This document shows, one piece after another, positions 28,055 through 38,362 of a DNA stretch of 64,000 nt. The DNA is from a virus (lineage: Duplodnaviria; Caudoviricetes), in the IMG/VR virus record IMGVR_UViG_3300035190_000444, positions 1 to 64,000 of that record. One strand, 5' to 3'. The notes beneath the pieces were generated by a model. The model ran no database searches and had not been told where the DNA came from. It was given only the letters and a program-made list of their open reading frames with translations. Each line of letters opens with the position of its first letter. Positions within the stretch are counted from its first letter, which is position 1. The position numbers and the translations under genes are program-made.

Positions 28055-30151
28055 TTATATATGCTCTTGCCAAGTGACCACGCCTACAGCACGATCGTTA
28101 TTAGTAGTGGCAATAGCAGCCAAACACCATATATCTGATACTCCGGCAATAGTGCGTCCTAGTTGTTGACTAAAGTCTACGTCATTCGAAGTAATAGAGG
28201 CTGATCCTCCTTTGTTTGATCCTACAAATATTCCTTGATCAATCACAGTTCCACCTGACAATCCGGTAGCAGAAAGGTCATACTCTACTGAACTGTCTGC
28301 GCTAGCACTAGTCCAACTAGCATTAGTTAATGTTGGATTTATAATTAACTGATAGACAAATGCAGCCTGTTGTAGACCAAAAAGATCAAACTTAACAGGG
28401 ACTACAACCGATTCAAGATTAGCTGCTTTGAGTCTAATACATACTAGAGGTCTATATACTGTGTTGCTGAGAGCCTTTCCTGTTAGACTAGTTCCGATAC
28501 TTCGACTAACACTACGATTTATGTAGCCACCTTCGGATATTACAGTTGAGCATATAGCTCGCATAGTGCCTGCGGCTCCGGTGCTTGTTAGTTCATATCT
28601 AACAGGTAATGTAGCAGTGGTCATGTAAACTTTATTAACGCCGATTTGGTTAGCGTGATGGAATGTATGACAGACTATAAACTGTCCATTAATAACAAAT
28701 CCAGCACGAACTGTTCCTACACCTAACCATTCAATATCACACCAAAAAATCTGTGCTCTACTTACAACTAACGTGATGCCGCTTGGCCCGGTTCCATTAA
28801 GTTTATCACCATTCCAATTTGTTTGAGCAAACTTTTCTGTAGTATCGTCTACAGATCCTGATGTATATTTTCTAATCACAAGATTTAATGTATTACCATC
28901 TACTTCAAAGTATACACCGTTCTGTGCTCCAAACAATCCTACCCGCTGACGCAAGCCTGCGGTAGGTGTGGTCATAACAAAAGTAGCCAACGTTAGCAAA
29001 CTCTTGCCAGGCTGATAAGCAAACACTGATTTGGTTTGTCTCAAACTTTCATCGCCGTTGCCTGATACCGACATTAATATTGAACTTTCGTTAGTTACAA
29101 ATACAGATGTAGCAGCACCAGTGTCTAGTTGATCCCATTTGAATGGGTTATCACTGTATCGTTGAGCACCATCAAACAAAGTAAACGGATTACTAACTCG
29201 TAATCTGCCAAACGCATCTAAATTTGCTCCACCAAACGATACAACAGGTGTACCTGTAATCGTAGCATTAACATTTCCACTAATAGGAACTGGATTGCCA
29301 CTGTCGTTCTTAATCTCTACTTCAGGTATAGTACCGATGTTAACTGTAGGTGTTCCACTAATAGTAACTGTGGTATTCTCTAAGGCTGATAATGTACTAG
29401 CACCTAGTTCTACTGTGCCACTCACAGTTGCTGATACTGTACCATCTACTGTTATGCTACCACCGCCATCTTGTACTGTAACTGTGCCAGTAACACCTAC
29501 ATTTTCTAATGCTGTTAATGTTGTACTACCTAACTCAACTGTACCGCTTACTATGGCATTGATGTTTTCAAGTGCTGACAAACTTCCGCTGTCTAACGTA
29601 ACTGTGCCACTTACTTGTTGGGTAGTTGGGAATGTTACATTAGCTGTTACAGTTCCGCTAACTGGTTGTGTAGTTTGCCAAAATGTTCCTGTAACCGGAG
29701 TAGTTGGCATGCTTGCAATAGATACTGGTTGGGTAGTTTGCCAAAATGTTCCAGTTACTGCAATTGGATTAGTATTAGAAACATTAGCATCAACATATAT
29801 ACGATTATTTACAGTGTTGTCATTACTATCTTTAGATACTTTGATTAATGTTGGAAATGCTGGGAAGTTACCTACATCAATACTAGTTGGAAATGCTGGG
29901 AAGTTACCTACATCAATACTAGTTGGAAATGCTGGGAAGTTACCTACATCGATATCACTTGTTAAATGAACTGGAATACTTTGTAACTCAGTATTATTAA
30001 TTTTAATTTCAGATGCAATGTTAACATTTCCAGTTACTGTAATATTATCAGATCCTAACGTAACGCGAACATGTGGTATTTCGTCAACGAGTTCCATTGC
30101 ATGATGCAAGTTGTTTATATTAGTATCACTGCGATCGTGTATATAAGGCAT
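28055..30151 (-). CDS. virion structural/fibre protein
   Basis: V/T/S repeats, then DAFGRLRVS...YQPGKS...WLGVG domain. Confidence 0.7.
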   Translation of the reverse strand: MPYIHDRSDTNINNLHHAMELVDEIPHVRVTLGSDNITVTGNVNIASEIKINNTELQSIPVHLTSDIDVGNFPAFPTSIDVGNFPAFPTSIDVGNFPAFPTLIKVSKDSNDNTVNNRIYVDANVSNTNPIAVTGTFWQTTQPVSIASMPTTPVTGTFWQTTQPVSGTVTANVTFPTTQQVSGTVTLDSGSLSALENINAIVSGTVELGSTTLTALENVGVTGTVTVQDGGGSITVDGTVSATVSGTVELGASTLSALENTTVTISGTPTVNIGTIPEVEIKNDSGNPVPISGNVNATITGTPVVSFGGANLDAFGRLRVSNPFTLFDGAQRYSDNPFKWDQLDTGAATSVFVTNESSILMSVSGNGDESLRQTKSVFAYQPGKSLLTLATFVMTTPTAGLRQRVGLFGAQNGVYFEVDGNTLNLVIRKYTSGSVDDTTEKFAQTNWNGDKLNGTGPSGITLVVSRAQIFWCDIEWLGVGTVRAGFVINGQFIVCHTFHHANQIGVNKVYMTTATLPVRYELTSTGAAGTMRAICSTVISEGGYINRSVSRSIGTSLTGKALSNTVYRPLVCIRLKAANLESVVVPVKFDLFGLQQAAFVYQLIINPTLTNASWTSASADSSVEYDLSATGLSGGTVIDQGIFVGSNKGGSASITSNDVDFSQQLGRTIAGVSDIWCLAAIATTNNDRAVGVVTWQEHI
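29850..29950 (-). repeat. 36-bp tandem repeat, about 3 copies (IDVGNFPAFPTS)
   Basis: GTTGGAAATGCTGGGAAGTTACCTACATC at 29850, 29886, 29922. Confidence 0.9.
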
Positions 30152-30412
30152 CTATGTAGTCCAAGGCCGGCCAACAACAAGTCCGCCTACATTAGGATTG
30201 TCAGTAATTCCGTCACCGTTATATTTTGTTGGTAATTGCGTAATATCATAATTGTTTCTATCACGATAGTATTGTTTAGTAGGATCTATACTTCCAGTAA
30301 CTGTACCATCAGCTGCTACAGTTTTACCTTGACGTTTAGCTTTTGCTAACGCAAGTTTAGCTGCTTGTTTTGCTTCTTTGGTTGATAACCATGCGATTCC
30401 GTTAGCTGACAT
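30152..30412 (-). CDS. hypothetical protein
   Basis: 86 aa ORF in operon. Confidence 0.6.
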   Translation of the reverse strand: MSANGIAWLSTKEAKQAAKLALAKAKRQGKTVAADGTVTGSIDPTKQYYRDRNNYDITQLPTKYNGDGITDNPNVGGLVVGRPWTT

Positions 30413-30786
30413 TATTGCCCCCTCATTGCTTTAATCATTACAATATGTTCAGGATGATCGTCTGTTGGTTCAAATTCTGTATCAATTAAATGCGGATACG
30501 CACTTGGATCTTTAACTCGTATATCAGCAGGATGTTTTGGACCATTCATTCCGCCACCTGCATGTATTGTAACTGAATCTAAATCTGCATACGCCGGATT
30601 AGGTTCATTAATAAATCTGTGTCTTTCTGGACTATCTGCCAAATCAACAATTTGCTTAAATCTGTTAATGTCATCACCTGCTGTTACTTTATGATCAGGT
30701 TTAAGTATAAACTCTGGTTCAATGGGTTCTTGTTCTCCGCCATCAATCAAGTTTAACATGTTTCTAATAATATCTTGAACTCTCAT
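30412..30786 (-). CDS. hypothetical protein (MRVQDII start)
   Basis: GAGGA RBS, late motif. Confidence 0.6.
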   Translation of the reverse strand: MRVQDIIRNMLNLIDGGEQEPIEPEFILKPDHKVTAGDDINRFKQIVDLADSPERHRFINEPNPAYADLDSVTIHAGGGMNGPKHPADIRVKDPSAYPHLIDTEFEPTDDHPEHIVMIKAMRGQ

Positions 30787-30824
30787 TTTTGTGTCCTCTT
30801 ATCATATTTATGTTTAAATACGGT

Positions 30825-32048
30825 ATGACTATAAACATTGAACCCTTTAAACAAACTATTCAAACGTTAAAAGACTCTGGTAACTACCGTGTGTTTAACG
30901 ATATATTACGAGAAAACGGTAAGTTCCCAACTGCAATTTGGTACGGTCCGTATAATATTAAAAATATTATAAACTGGTGTAGTAACGATTATTTAGGAAT
31001 GGGACAACATAAAGTTGTTCTTGATGCTATGCGTACTGCATTAGACATGACCGGTGCAGGAAGTGGCGGTACTAGAAACATATCCGGAACTAGTCATTAT
31101 CATGTTGCATTAGAATATGAACTAGCATTATTACATAAGAAAGATAGAGCTTTGTTATTCAGCTCTGCATATGTTGCTAATGAATGGAGTTTAATTGCAT
31201 TATCTAAAATTGTAAAAGATATTGAATTTATAAGCGACAGTAAAAATCACAATAGTTTAATAGTTGGCATGTCACACAGCAGAGCACCAAAACAGATATT
31301 TAAACATAATGATTTAATTGATTTAGAAGAATGTTTAATTAGATCAAAAGAAAACAATCATACACCTTGTATTGTGTTTGAAAGTGTATACTCAATGGAC
31401 GGTGATATAAGTCTAATAGCTGATATTTGTGATTTAGCAGATAAATACCACGCTATAACCTATATAGACGAAGTACACGCCGTTGGACTTTATGGCACAT
31501 GTGGAGCTGGGAAGCTAGAAGAACTACAATTACAGGGGAGAGTCGACATAGTCAACGGTACTCTTGGTAAAGCGTTTGGAGTCCAGGGCGGATATATCGC
31601 AGCAACTGCAGCCGTAATTGATGCAATACGATCAGTAGCAGCAGGTTTTATATTTACAACATCAATGAGTCCGGTAACATGTGCCGGAGCATTAGCCGCA
31701 GTTAAATATCTTAAAGATCATAATGAGTTAAGATTAAAACATCAACAACAAGCAAATAAATTAAAAGAACGATTGATAGAAGCAGGGTTACCTGTTATGC
31801 AAAGTGATACACACATTGTTCCAGTTCTAGTAGGCGATGCTAAAAGATGCAAAACAATGAGTGACATGCTATTAAATGATTTTAATATCTATTCACAAGC
31901 AATAAATTCACCAACTGTCCCAGTAGGAACAGAGCGTTTGCGATTTGCACCTACTCCATTGCATACTGATGGGATGATTGACGATTTAGTTAATGCACTT
32001 GTTATCGTGTTTGATCTGTGTACTTGTCATAACACAGATTTGCCATAA
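30825..32048 (+). CDS. hemA: 5-aminolevulinate synthase (Shemin/C4 haem pathway)
   Basis: [62 protein letters not shown]. Confidence 0.92.
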   Translation: MTINIEPFKQTIQTLKDSGNYRVFNDILRENGKFPTAIWYGPYNIKNIINWCSNDYLGMGQHKVVLDAMRTALDMTGAGSGGTRNISGTSHYHVALEYELALLHKKDRALLFSSAYVANEWSLIALSKIVKDIEFISDSKNHNSLIVGMSHSRAPKQIFKHNDLIDLEECLIRSKENNHTPCIVFESVYSMDGDISLIADICDLADKYHAITYIDEVHAVGLYGTCGAGKLEELQLQGRVDIVNGTLGKAFGVQGGYIAATAAVIDAIRSVAAGFIFTTSMSPVTCAGALAAVKYLKDHNELRLKHQQQANKLKERLIEAGLPVMQSDTHIVPVLVGDAKRCKTMSDMLLNDFNIYSQAINSPTVPVGTERLRFAPTPLHTDGMIDDLVNALVIVFDLCTCHNTDLP

Positions 32049-32446
32049 TATTTGTACCAAGATGGCTTCATAGCTATCTTTTCCTTAATACGCTGTTCTA
32101 ATACAGCATCATCTGCAGGGGTTGCAGACCAATCATTAAAAAACGTAGAAGGTATACCATTTAGATCAAGTACACGACCTTGATCTAAGTTGTATCCTCT
32201 GTTGTGTAATTCGTTAACTAACCGATCATATCTATTCCTAAGGAATGTTAGCTTGTTGTAAAAGAACAACACATGACCCTTATTCAGTGTAAATTTAGGA
32301 GGAATTTTTTTAAGAACTTCTCTTTCTGATTGTGTCTTCAACGACCGACGAAGAGATGCAAGCACCATTGGTAATTCTCTGTATTCTGCCATAAGGTGTT
32401 GATCCATTAATTTCTTAGGGTCTACATTTGAATTAATTCTTGTCAT
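32027..32446 (-). CDS. denV: pyrimidine-dimer DNA glycosylase (T4 endonuclease V-like)
   Basis: [26 protein letters not shown]. Confidence 0.92.
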   Translation of the reverse strand: MTRINSNVDPKKLMDQHLMAEYRELPMVLASLRRSLKTQSEREVLKKIPPKFTLNKGHVLFFYNKLTFLRNRYDRLVNELHNRGYNLDQGRVLDLNGIPSTFFNDWSATPADDAVLEQRIKEKIAMKPSWYKYYGKSVL

Positions 32447-32475
32447 ACATACTCCTTGCTAGTTAATATGTATAT

Positions 32476-32504
32476 ATTATACAATAAATACAATAAGATG
32501 TAAA
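32476..32504 (-). promoter_or_regulatory. sigma70 promoter of denV
   Basis: TTTACA-17-TATAAT. Confidence 0.65.
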
Positions 32505-32523
32505 GTAAAGTGAGAGGACAACT

Positions 32524-32667
32524 ATGGATTTAATTAGAAGTATTATTCATAATGTATTAGTGCATCCTATTCTACCATTCCTACCTCGTAGACTAGCAAG
32601 AACAATACACGAAAAGAATGCGCTGTGGGCGTACGGAAAAGAAGGTCCGTTTAACGGATTAGACTAG
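32524..32667 (+). CDS. small hypothetical protein (47 aa)
   Basis: Not in track; GAGGA RBS; MDLIRSIIHNVLVHPILPFLP... Confidence 0.55.
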   Translation: MDLIRSIIHNVLVHPILPFLPRRLARTIHEKNALWAYGKEGPFNGLD

Positions 32668-32676
32668 GAGCTTGAT

Positions 32677-33414
32677 ATGATATCAGATTTAACCTTTGAA
32701 CAAAAATCATTAACAATGGCAACAATGAGCAGTCTTGCATATAATGACGATCAAGAATTTAAAGAATTAGGATATGACAGTAAATTTATAAGCCATGGTG
32801 GGTCAGACTTGTATGTATTATGGGACAACGATGATTTAATAGTAGTGTGTCGTGGGACACAACCAACTCACTTTAATGATGTTGCACATGACATAGAATT
32901 TGCACTAGTACCGAGTAGATCAGGACACGGGTTAGTGCATCATGGATTTAGAACAAGTGTAGATCTTATTTGGGTTGACTTATTAAAGATGTTACAAAAA
33001 TACGGTGCTAATCGTAAAGTATGGTGTACAGGTCATAGTTTAGGTGCAGCAATGGCAACCCTTATAACTGCAAGATGTGCGCGTACAGAAAAATTAACTA
33101 CGCCGTTTTTATATACATACGGTAGTCCGCGTGTTGGTGATATGACATTTATTAAACACATGAATAGCTTAAACATCGAACATCATAGATGGGTAAACAA
33201 TGCAGATGCAGTTACACGGAATCCAATATTTCCATATAAGCATCATGGTCAGCTACACTACTTTGATCATCATGGCAATGTAAGAGTTTTTACAAGATGG
33301 CAGACAATCAAAGATAGAGTAAAAGGTTTTTATATCGGACTTAAAAAAGGTAAGATTAATTTCTTTGTTAATCACGATATTGGAAATTACATTAAAAACT
33401 TAGGAAGGTTATAA
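32677..33414 (+). CDS. class 3 lipase
   Basis: CRGT, VHHGF, TGHSLGAAMA, TYGSPRVGD, VNNADAV. Confidence 0.9.
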   Translation: MISDLTFEQKSLTMATMSSLAYNDDQEFKELGYDSKFISHGGSDLYVLWDNDDLIVVCRGTQPTHFNDVAHDIEFALVPSRSGHGLVHHGFRTSVDLIWVDLLKMLQKYGANRKVWCTGHSLGAAMATLITARCARTEKLTTPFLYTYGSPRVGDMTFIKHMNSLNIEHHRWVNNADAVTRNPIFPYKHHGQLHYFDHHGNVRVFTRWQTIKDRVKGFYIGLKKGKINFFVNHDIGNYIKNLGRL

Positions 33415-34164
33415 ACCTTTCCACAAGTCACGATTAATAGTTTGTTCAATTGGACTAGTGCCAAGTGCCGGAAAGAAGTTAATGTTTACTACGTTTTGTA
33501 ACTGCTCAACAGTTAAAATAAACTTAGGTAACTCTCTAGCAGAAATTCCGTCATTTGGTATTAAGAATGCAATTGTTTGATTATTAGTTGCATCATAAAT
33601 TGCCTTCCATAAGTAATCAGGAATAGCTACACCTTTACCAATTGTTTTAATTTGTTTACCAGGTTGATAATAAGTTCCAGAAGTTACATAAATATCACGC
33701 CCTTCCCCTGCCCAGTTACGAACAGTTGATTCTAACTTATTCCAAATACCTCTGTTGTTGGCAGGTACTTGTGGAACCATATTAGTAAGTGCAAAACTTT
33801 CACTCATAATTTCTTTAGTTTGAGTACTGTCACCTGCAGGAACTAGGTGTCCTCTGTCATATGGATGACCTGCATAGTCGTGCAGTGTTGCTCTAAATTG
33901 TTCTGGTACATCTAAGTCTGGATGAAAGTCGTCTTGACGACGAACTACTCCACTCATATCTTCAGGAGAAACATGTTCAACTACATACTCTGCAGTTTTT
34001 GTATCATATCGATAATGAATAGCATAGTTTTGTTTACACAAGTATTGTGAAGCAGTAAGTTGCGACACTGGAGCACCGTGTATAGAAAACTGTGGACATT
34101 TGTCATCAATGGGATTTGCTGCTACCGTAAAAGGTAACAGGAGTAATAATAAAAATTTCTTCAT
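33409..34164 (-). CDS. secreted DNA/RNA non-specific endonuclease
   Basis: Signal peptide; YDRGHLVPA, NMVPQ..NNRGIW. Confidence 0.9.
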   Translation of the reverse strand: MKKFLLLLLLPFTVAANPIDDKCPQFSIHGAPVSQLTASQYLCKQNYAIHYRYDTKTAEYVVEHVSPEDMSGVVRRQDDFHPDLDVPEQFRATLHDYAGHPYDRGHLVPAGDSTQTKEIMSESFALTNMVPQVPANNRGIWNKLESTVRNWAGEGRDIYVTSGTYYQPGKQIKTIGKGVAIPDYLWKAIYDATNNQTIAFLIPNDGISARELPKFILTVEQLQNVVNINFFPALGTSPIEQTINRDLWKGL

Positions 34165-34577
34165 TTAAGCCAGCCTATTCGTTTGTTGTTGTTAATACGA
34201 TATTCATAAACTTCTACACTTCCTGGAAAGCGCCATGCCCAAATAGCAACAAGTGCCATGAACCCGCCTGAACCAAGTATAGCATGTAAGTTATGTGTTG
34301 TGAACCATAATGCTACTAATGAACTACTCATTACAAGTAACATCATGTATTTCATTTTAGTTGGGAAAACTTGTTTGCCCACCCAATTTGTTAAGAATGG
34401 GCCAAAATACTTGTGATTGTAAATCCATGCATGCATTGTTGGGCTGCCTTTACTAAAACTAAATGCAGCACCTACTAGGAATGGACTAAATGGTAGTCCA
34501 GGAGTAACTACGCCAATGTAAGCTATTCCTAGTAAGATAAATCCTAATATTTTCCAAAGTGCTTGTTTTAATTTCAT
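34161..34577 (-). CDS. YbaN/DUF454 inner-membrane protein
   Basis: GVVTPGLPFSPFL..AAFSFSKGS...H.W...H..FGP. Confidence 0.8.
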   Translation of the reverse strand: MKLKQALWKILGFILLGIAYIGVVTPGLPFSPFLVGAAFSFSKGSPTMHAWIYNHKYFGPFLTNWVGKQVFPTKMKYMMLLVMSSSLVALWFTTHNLHAILGSGGFMALVAIWAWRFPGSVEVYEYRINNNKRIGWLK

Positions 34578-35125
34578 ATCATAAAGTTCCGTGCAAACTC
34601 ATTACTACATCTTTCTAATGCAACGTCCCATACATCTTCAAGGTCAGTATCAAACACTAGTTCCGGATCGCATGAAGACGTACACCAGCTAATGCTAGAT
34701 TTAGATGATCCTAACCCGGTTACTTCGTTGTCAAGTTGACCTGGCTCCCAAGTACACATTCCAAGGAACATTCTCCATTGTAATGGTTCATCACCTTTCT
34801 CAAACTTTTTAAGTACATCGTCGTCGGAACTAATTGCAAAATGATTGTTAACTTTAAATGTATTTTTACTACTCCATTCTAGCGAATGCAACAAACAAAA
34901 ACTAGTTTGTTTATCAGTGCCGCCTATGTGTAGCATACCCGGTACATGATCTAAATCATATCCTAATCTTTCACCAAATTCAGCAATTGTCATTCGACTT
35001 TCTCTGTTTAATATCAATCCGGTAGTACCTAGTGAAGTAATGTCAGTAACTAAAATAGTTGCTGATCCCCATAATTGGTGCTGTACGTGTGGCGGAGCTA
35101 TTAATAATGTTCCTGGTATATTCAT
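34574..35125 (-). CDS. YqgE/AlgH (DUF179) family protein
   Basis: GTLLIAPP, GLILNR, GG, LLHS, FLG.C.W.PGQL..E. Confidence 0.8.
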   Translation of the reverse strand: MNIPGTLLIAPPHVQHQLWGSATILVTDITSLGTTGLILNRESRMTIAEFGERLGYDLDHVPGMLHIGGTDKQTSFCLLHSLEWSSKNTFKVNNHFAISSDDDVLKKFEKGDEPLQWRMFLGMCTWEPGQLDNEVTGLGSSKSSISWCTSSCDPELVFDTDLEDVWDVALERCSNEFARNFMI

Positions 35126-35131
35126 ATAGTG

Positions 35132-36100
35132 TTATGCTTGGTAATGTTTAAAATAGTCAATTACGTCACCTTTAGTGTAGTAATCGCGTCCTTGAGCAGC
35201 TGCCCATTTTGCAAATGGAGGGTTATCTTTCCATAATTCATTTTTTGAAATGTTAATGTTAGGTGCTAGTCTGCCGCCGCCTTTTTGACCAATTACAGTG
35301 TTTCGATCTTTATTCTTAGCCCACGGCACAAATGTAAGCATATAAATTTCACCTTGAGTCATTCCTGGTTGTACACCTACTTTCTTATAGTATTTGTAAA
35401 CTAAATCCATTTGTGAAATTGCATCCATTTTTCTAATAGTTGATCTTGGAATACCAACTGTATCATCATGACAGAATTGTATTAATCCAACACACCCGTT
35501 ATCGTTAATTGCAGTTGGCTTTAATCCGGATTCGTGTTGCATAATTTTCATTAAAATATTTGGGTCAACACCTAACTTACTTGCAACTTCGTCTACCTTT
35601 GCTAAAAATTTAGAATCTGTTGCAAGTTTAGATGTTGATTTAACTGGTTTAATTTTTTCAGTGCCATGCTGGTTAGTTACAGGTATGTTACTTACTATGT
35701 TGTTAGCAGGTGGCGTACTGCTAGCCACGTTACTAGCAGGAGCAGCTCCAGCAATTGCTGGAGCAACTGCACCTGCTAATTTATCCGAATCAGATTTTGC
35801 GGATTTCATTGCATTTGCAATATAGTCAGATAACCCAGGAATTGATGGTATTGACATATTTAATGCGCTAATAAAATTAGAATCAGGTTTGCCTGTAACT
35901 GTTAATCCAAAATTTTGTTGTGCAGCTGCAATTGCTTTCATAGTACGTTCGTCGACTATGCTAGTATCATGTACATCATAATTAAGTGCAGCTAATGCTT
36001 TTTGCATTGCAGATACAATCTTGCTCCGATATGGACCAGGCACAGGAATTTCTAATGTTCCAATGTTTTCATTTAATGGTTTAAATTCTAAAAATCTCAT
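35132..36100 (-). CDS. peptidoglycan-binding domain plus lysozyme-like/SLT transglycosylase (MRFLEFKPLNE start)
   Basis: MQKALAAL...AQQNFGLTVTG; IMQHESG..PTAIN...GLIQF. Confidence 0.75.
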   Translation of the reverse strand: MRFLEFKPLNENIGTLEIPVPGPYRSKIVSAMQKALAALNYDVHDTSIVDERTMKAIAAAQQNFGLTVTGKPDSNFISALNMSIPSIPGLSDYIANAMKSAKSDSDKLAGAVAPAIAGAAPASNVASSTPPANNIVSNIPVTNQHGTEKIKPVKSTSKLATDSKFLAKVDEVASKLGVDPNILMKIMQHESGLKPTAINDNGCVGLIQFCHDDTVGIPRSTIRKMDAISQMDLVYKYYKKVGVQPGMTQGEIYMLTFVPWAKNKDRNTVIGQKGGGRLAPNINISKNELWKDNPPFAKWAAAQGRDYYTKGDVIDYFKHYQA

Positions 36101-36108
36101 AAGGGTTC

Positions 36109-36441
36109 CTACGAATAGTCAGGTAACGGACCGCCGTATTTAGAACTTTTAACTGTTTTACCATCAAGTTTAACACGTTTTTTACCAATCTTTTGCGATT
36201 TGCCAGTTTTACGAGCCATAAAGCCTTGTGCTTTACAACTTGATTCGTCACTAGCACCTTTTTTCTTATTACTTAGACATAGTTCTTTACTAGCTTTGCC
36301 ACGTTCGTCTAAATGTGTATCAGCAGTTACTTTATATCTAGATTCGGCTGCATGCCCGCGAGCAGGACGATCACTTTTACGCCCTGGACGTTTAGCACTA
36401 GTGCCAATTTTTTCTTCTTTAATAAACTCTTGAGCTCTCAT
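36109..36441 (-). CDS. basic hypothetical protein (MRAQEFIKEE start)
   Basis: K/R-rich, ends YGGPLPDYS. Confidence 0.6.
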   Translation of the reverse strand: MRAQEFIKEEKIGTSAKRPGRKSDRPARGHAAESRYKVTADTHLDERGKASKELCLSNKKKGASDESSCKAQGFMARKTGKSQKIGKKRVKLDGKTVKSSKYGGPLPDYS

Positions 36442-36452
36442 TTTAATTCCTA

Positions 36453-37262
36453 TCATCTGTTAATGTATTCAAATACATTAAGCCATTGACGTTTTCCAAT
36501 TGTAGCTTTTAACAATGTTAAATTGGCACACGTCTTGTAGCGTACATCATGTCCATTTGATTCTACTACTTTTATTACTGCATTTTCTTGTTCTGCTACA
36601 GCCTCTGCAATGTCTAAATAGCTGTGTGCTAGACCTGCACCTACATTCCAAATGCCTGATCCGTGTACGGTTTTAATAAAGTCAATGTGTAACTTACATA
36701 CATCACCTACCCACACCCAATCACGTTTAACTTGGTCAGCAGTATTCCATACTGTAATTTGGTTTGTCTTACGTGCTTCTTCTTGCCACTTATGTATAAT
36801 GTTAGCTTGATTACCTCGTAAGTGCATGTACTTGCCGTATACATTAAAGTATCTAAACCCTTGTACAAACGACGTATGTGCAGGTTGTCTAAACGCCCAC
36901 CGGTCAAATAAGTATTTGCTTAACGCATACGGTGTTAGTGGTGTACATTCGGCAGTTTCACTAAAATCCTTACCATACCCGTATACAGAACTTGTACTAG
37001 CATATTGTAAGTGTACTTCGTTTAGTTGGCATTCGTTGAATAGCCATTGACTAAATTCATAATTTTGAATCATAAATTTGTCAATGTTTGTTTCGGACTT
37101 GTTAGTTAATGCTCCTAGATGTATCACCCATTGATATTGTTTAATATCAGGTAAATTATCAGGATCATAATCCCATCCTTCTACATGCCATCCTTCGGCC
37201 GATATCCATTCGACCATATTACGACCAATAAATCCATTATGGCCTGTAACTAGAATATTCAT
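36453..37262 (-). CDS. NAD-dependent epimerase, ADP-L-glycero-D-manno-heptose 6-epimerase-like
   Basis: ILVTGHNGFIG, YASTSSVYG, YALSK, FRYFNVYG, RDWVWVGD. Confidence 0.8.
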   Translation of the reverse strand: MNILVTGHNGFIGRNMVEWISAEGWHVEGWDYDPDNLPDIKQYQWVIHLGALTNKSETNIDKFMIQNYEFSQWLFNECQLNEVHLQYASTSSVYGYGKDFSETAECTPLTPYALSKYLFDRWAFRQPAHTSFVQGFRYFNVYGKYMHLRGNQANIIHKWQEEARKTNQITVWNTADQVKRDWVWVGDVCKLHIDFIKTVHGSGIWNVGAGLAHSYLDIAEAVAEQENAVIKVVESNGHDVRYKTCANLTLLKATIGKRQWLNVFEYINR

Positions 37263-37270
37263 AGTAGTAT

Positions 37271-37474
37271 TTATAAGTCGTCTTCGTGAATGATTAAAGA
37301 ATATTGTACACTTGGCAGTGGGTACAATATATATTCTTCAGCTTCTTCTCTAACATCAAACGACTCAAGTTCGCAACGGTCGGTAGTACATTTAAACACG
37401 TGATATATTCCATTATCGTCTAAATTAACTGATACTGAATGAGTACTAAATTGAATTGTGCATATACTAGACAT
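37271..37474 (-). CDS. hypothetical protein (paralogue of 45713-45919)
   Basis: VFK...RCELESF...EEYILYP. Confidence 0.55.
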   Translation of the reverse strand: MSSICTIQFSTHSVSVNLDDNGIYHVFKCTTDRCELESFDVREEAEEYILYPLPSVQYSLIIHEDDL

Positions 37475-37511
37475 AGACCTGCTCCTTTATTATAATATTT
37501 ATGTGTTACAT

Positions 37512-38006
37512 CTAAGACTTCGGTAACAAAATTGCTTCAAGCCATGCCTTACAATCGGTCCAGTTTTTATATTGATAGCCAACACCCCCAGCTTCATTCC
37601 ACTCAGTAATGTTGCTTAATCGATCGTCAATAAGGATATCTCCAAACTTGCAACGTTTAACTTTTTCATGACTACGCGGTCCGATAAACACTGGAATACC
37701 TGGAAAATACTTCTGACACCATTCAACCTTATCCATGATTGCATACGGGATATCATTATTTCTAGGAATCGCTGTTAGAAAAAACAGTCCAACGTTATGT
37801 TCATGACAATACACTCTTAGCCAATTAATAAGTGAGTAGCCACCCTCTCTTACTTGTAGATCACGATATAATCTTTCACAACTTGCTAATCGCTCCCATT
37901 CTTCAGGTGGAAGTCGTTCTCTATTATCTAGATTTCTTTGAAAGAATTCTTCAGCAAACCCTTTAAAATCTGCTACTACCTCATCCATATCTACGTATAT
38001 ATTCAT
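37512..38006 (-). CDS. HAD-family 5'(3')-deoxyribonucleotidase
   Basis: IYVDMDEVVADF, LTA, LIDDR..N..EW..AGG. Confidence 0.85.
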   Translation of the reverse strand: MNIYVDMDEVVADFKGFAEEFFQRNLDNRERLPPEEWERLASCERLYRDLQVREGGYSLINWLRVYCHEHNVGLFFLTAIPRNNDIPYAIMDKVEWCQKYFPGIPVFIGPRSHEKVKRCKFGDILIDDRLSNITEWNEAGGVGYQYKNWTDCKAWLEAILLPKS

Positions 38007-38350
38007 GATGCCTCTACTTGTTGTACGATTACTTCTTTACTCGGGAATCGAGCTTCAACCGCAGCAACTGCTTCGTCTAAACTTTTACCTTGTCCTGCAA
38101 AGATATTAGTTGATACATCATACAAATACCAATGTGTGTTAACTTTTTCAAAAGAAACTACAATTGTATCTTTGCCATCAATGTCTTCGTCGTCATTATC
38201 AAGATCATCTTGATATGATGCATGGAATTGTCGAATACCATCAATTAATGCGTCCGGAGCATGTCGCATTGCACTTCTATACATCGTAATGTTTAACCAT
38301 AAACCTGATAATACACCAACTACAAAAGTTCCAATAATAATACCAATCAT
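38003..38350 (-). CDS. membrane-anchored hypothetical protein
   Basis: N-terminal hydrophobic helix. Confidence 0.6.
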   Translation of the reverse strand: MIGIIIGTFVVGVLSGLWLNITMYRSAMRHAPDALIDGIRQFHASYQDDLDNDDEDIDGKDTIVVSFEKVNTHWYLYDVSTNIFAGQGKSLDEAVAAVEARFPSKEVIVQQVEAS

Positions 38351-38362
38351 ACATTTCTCCTA

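Noticed and set aside
79-29969. Long antisense ORFs in the track (e.g. 79-483, 20945-21364, 23385-24275, 29295-29969)
   Set aside because: Shadow frames opposite repetitive A/T/G/V-rich fibre genes, with no RBS or recognisable motifs.
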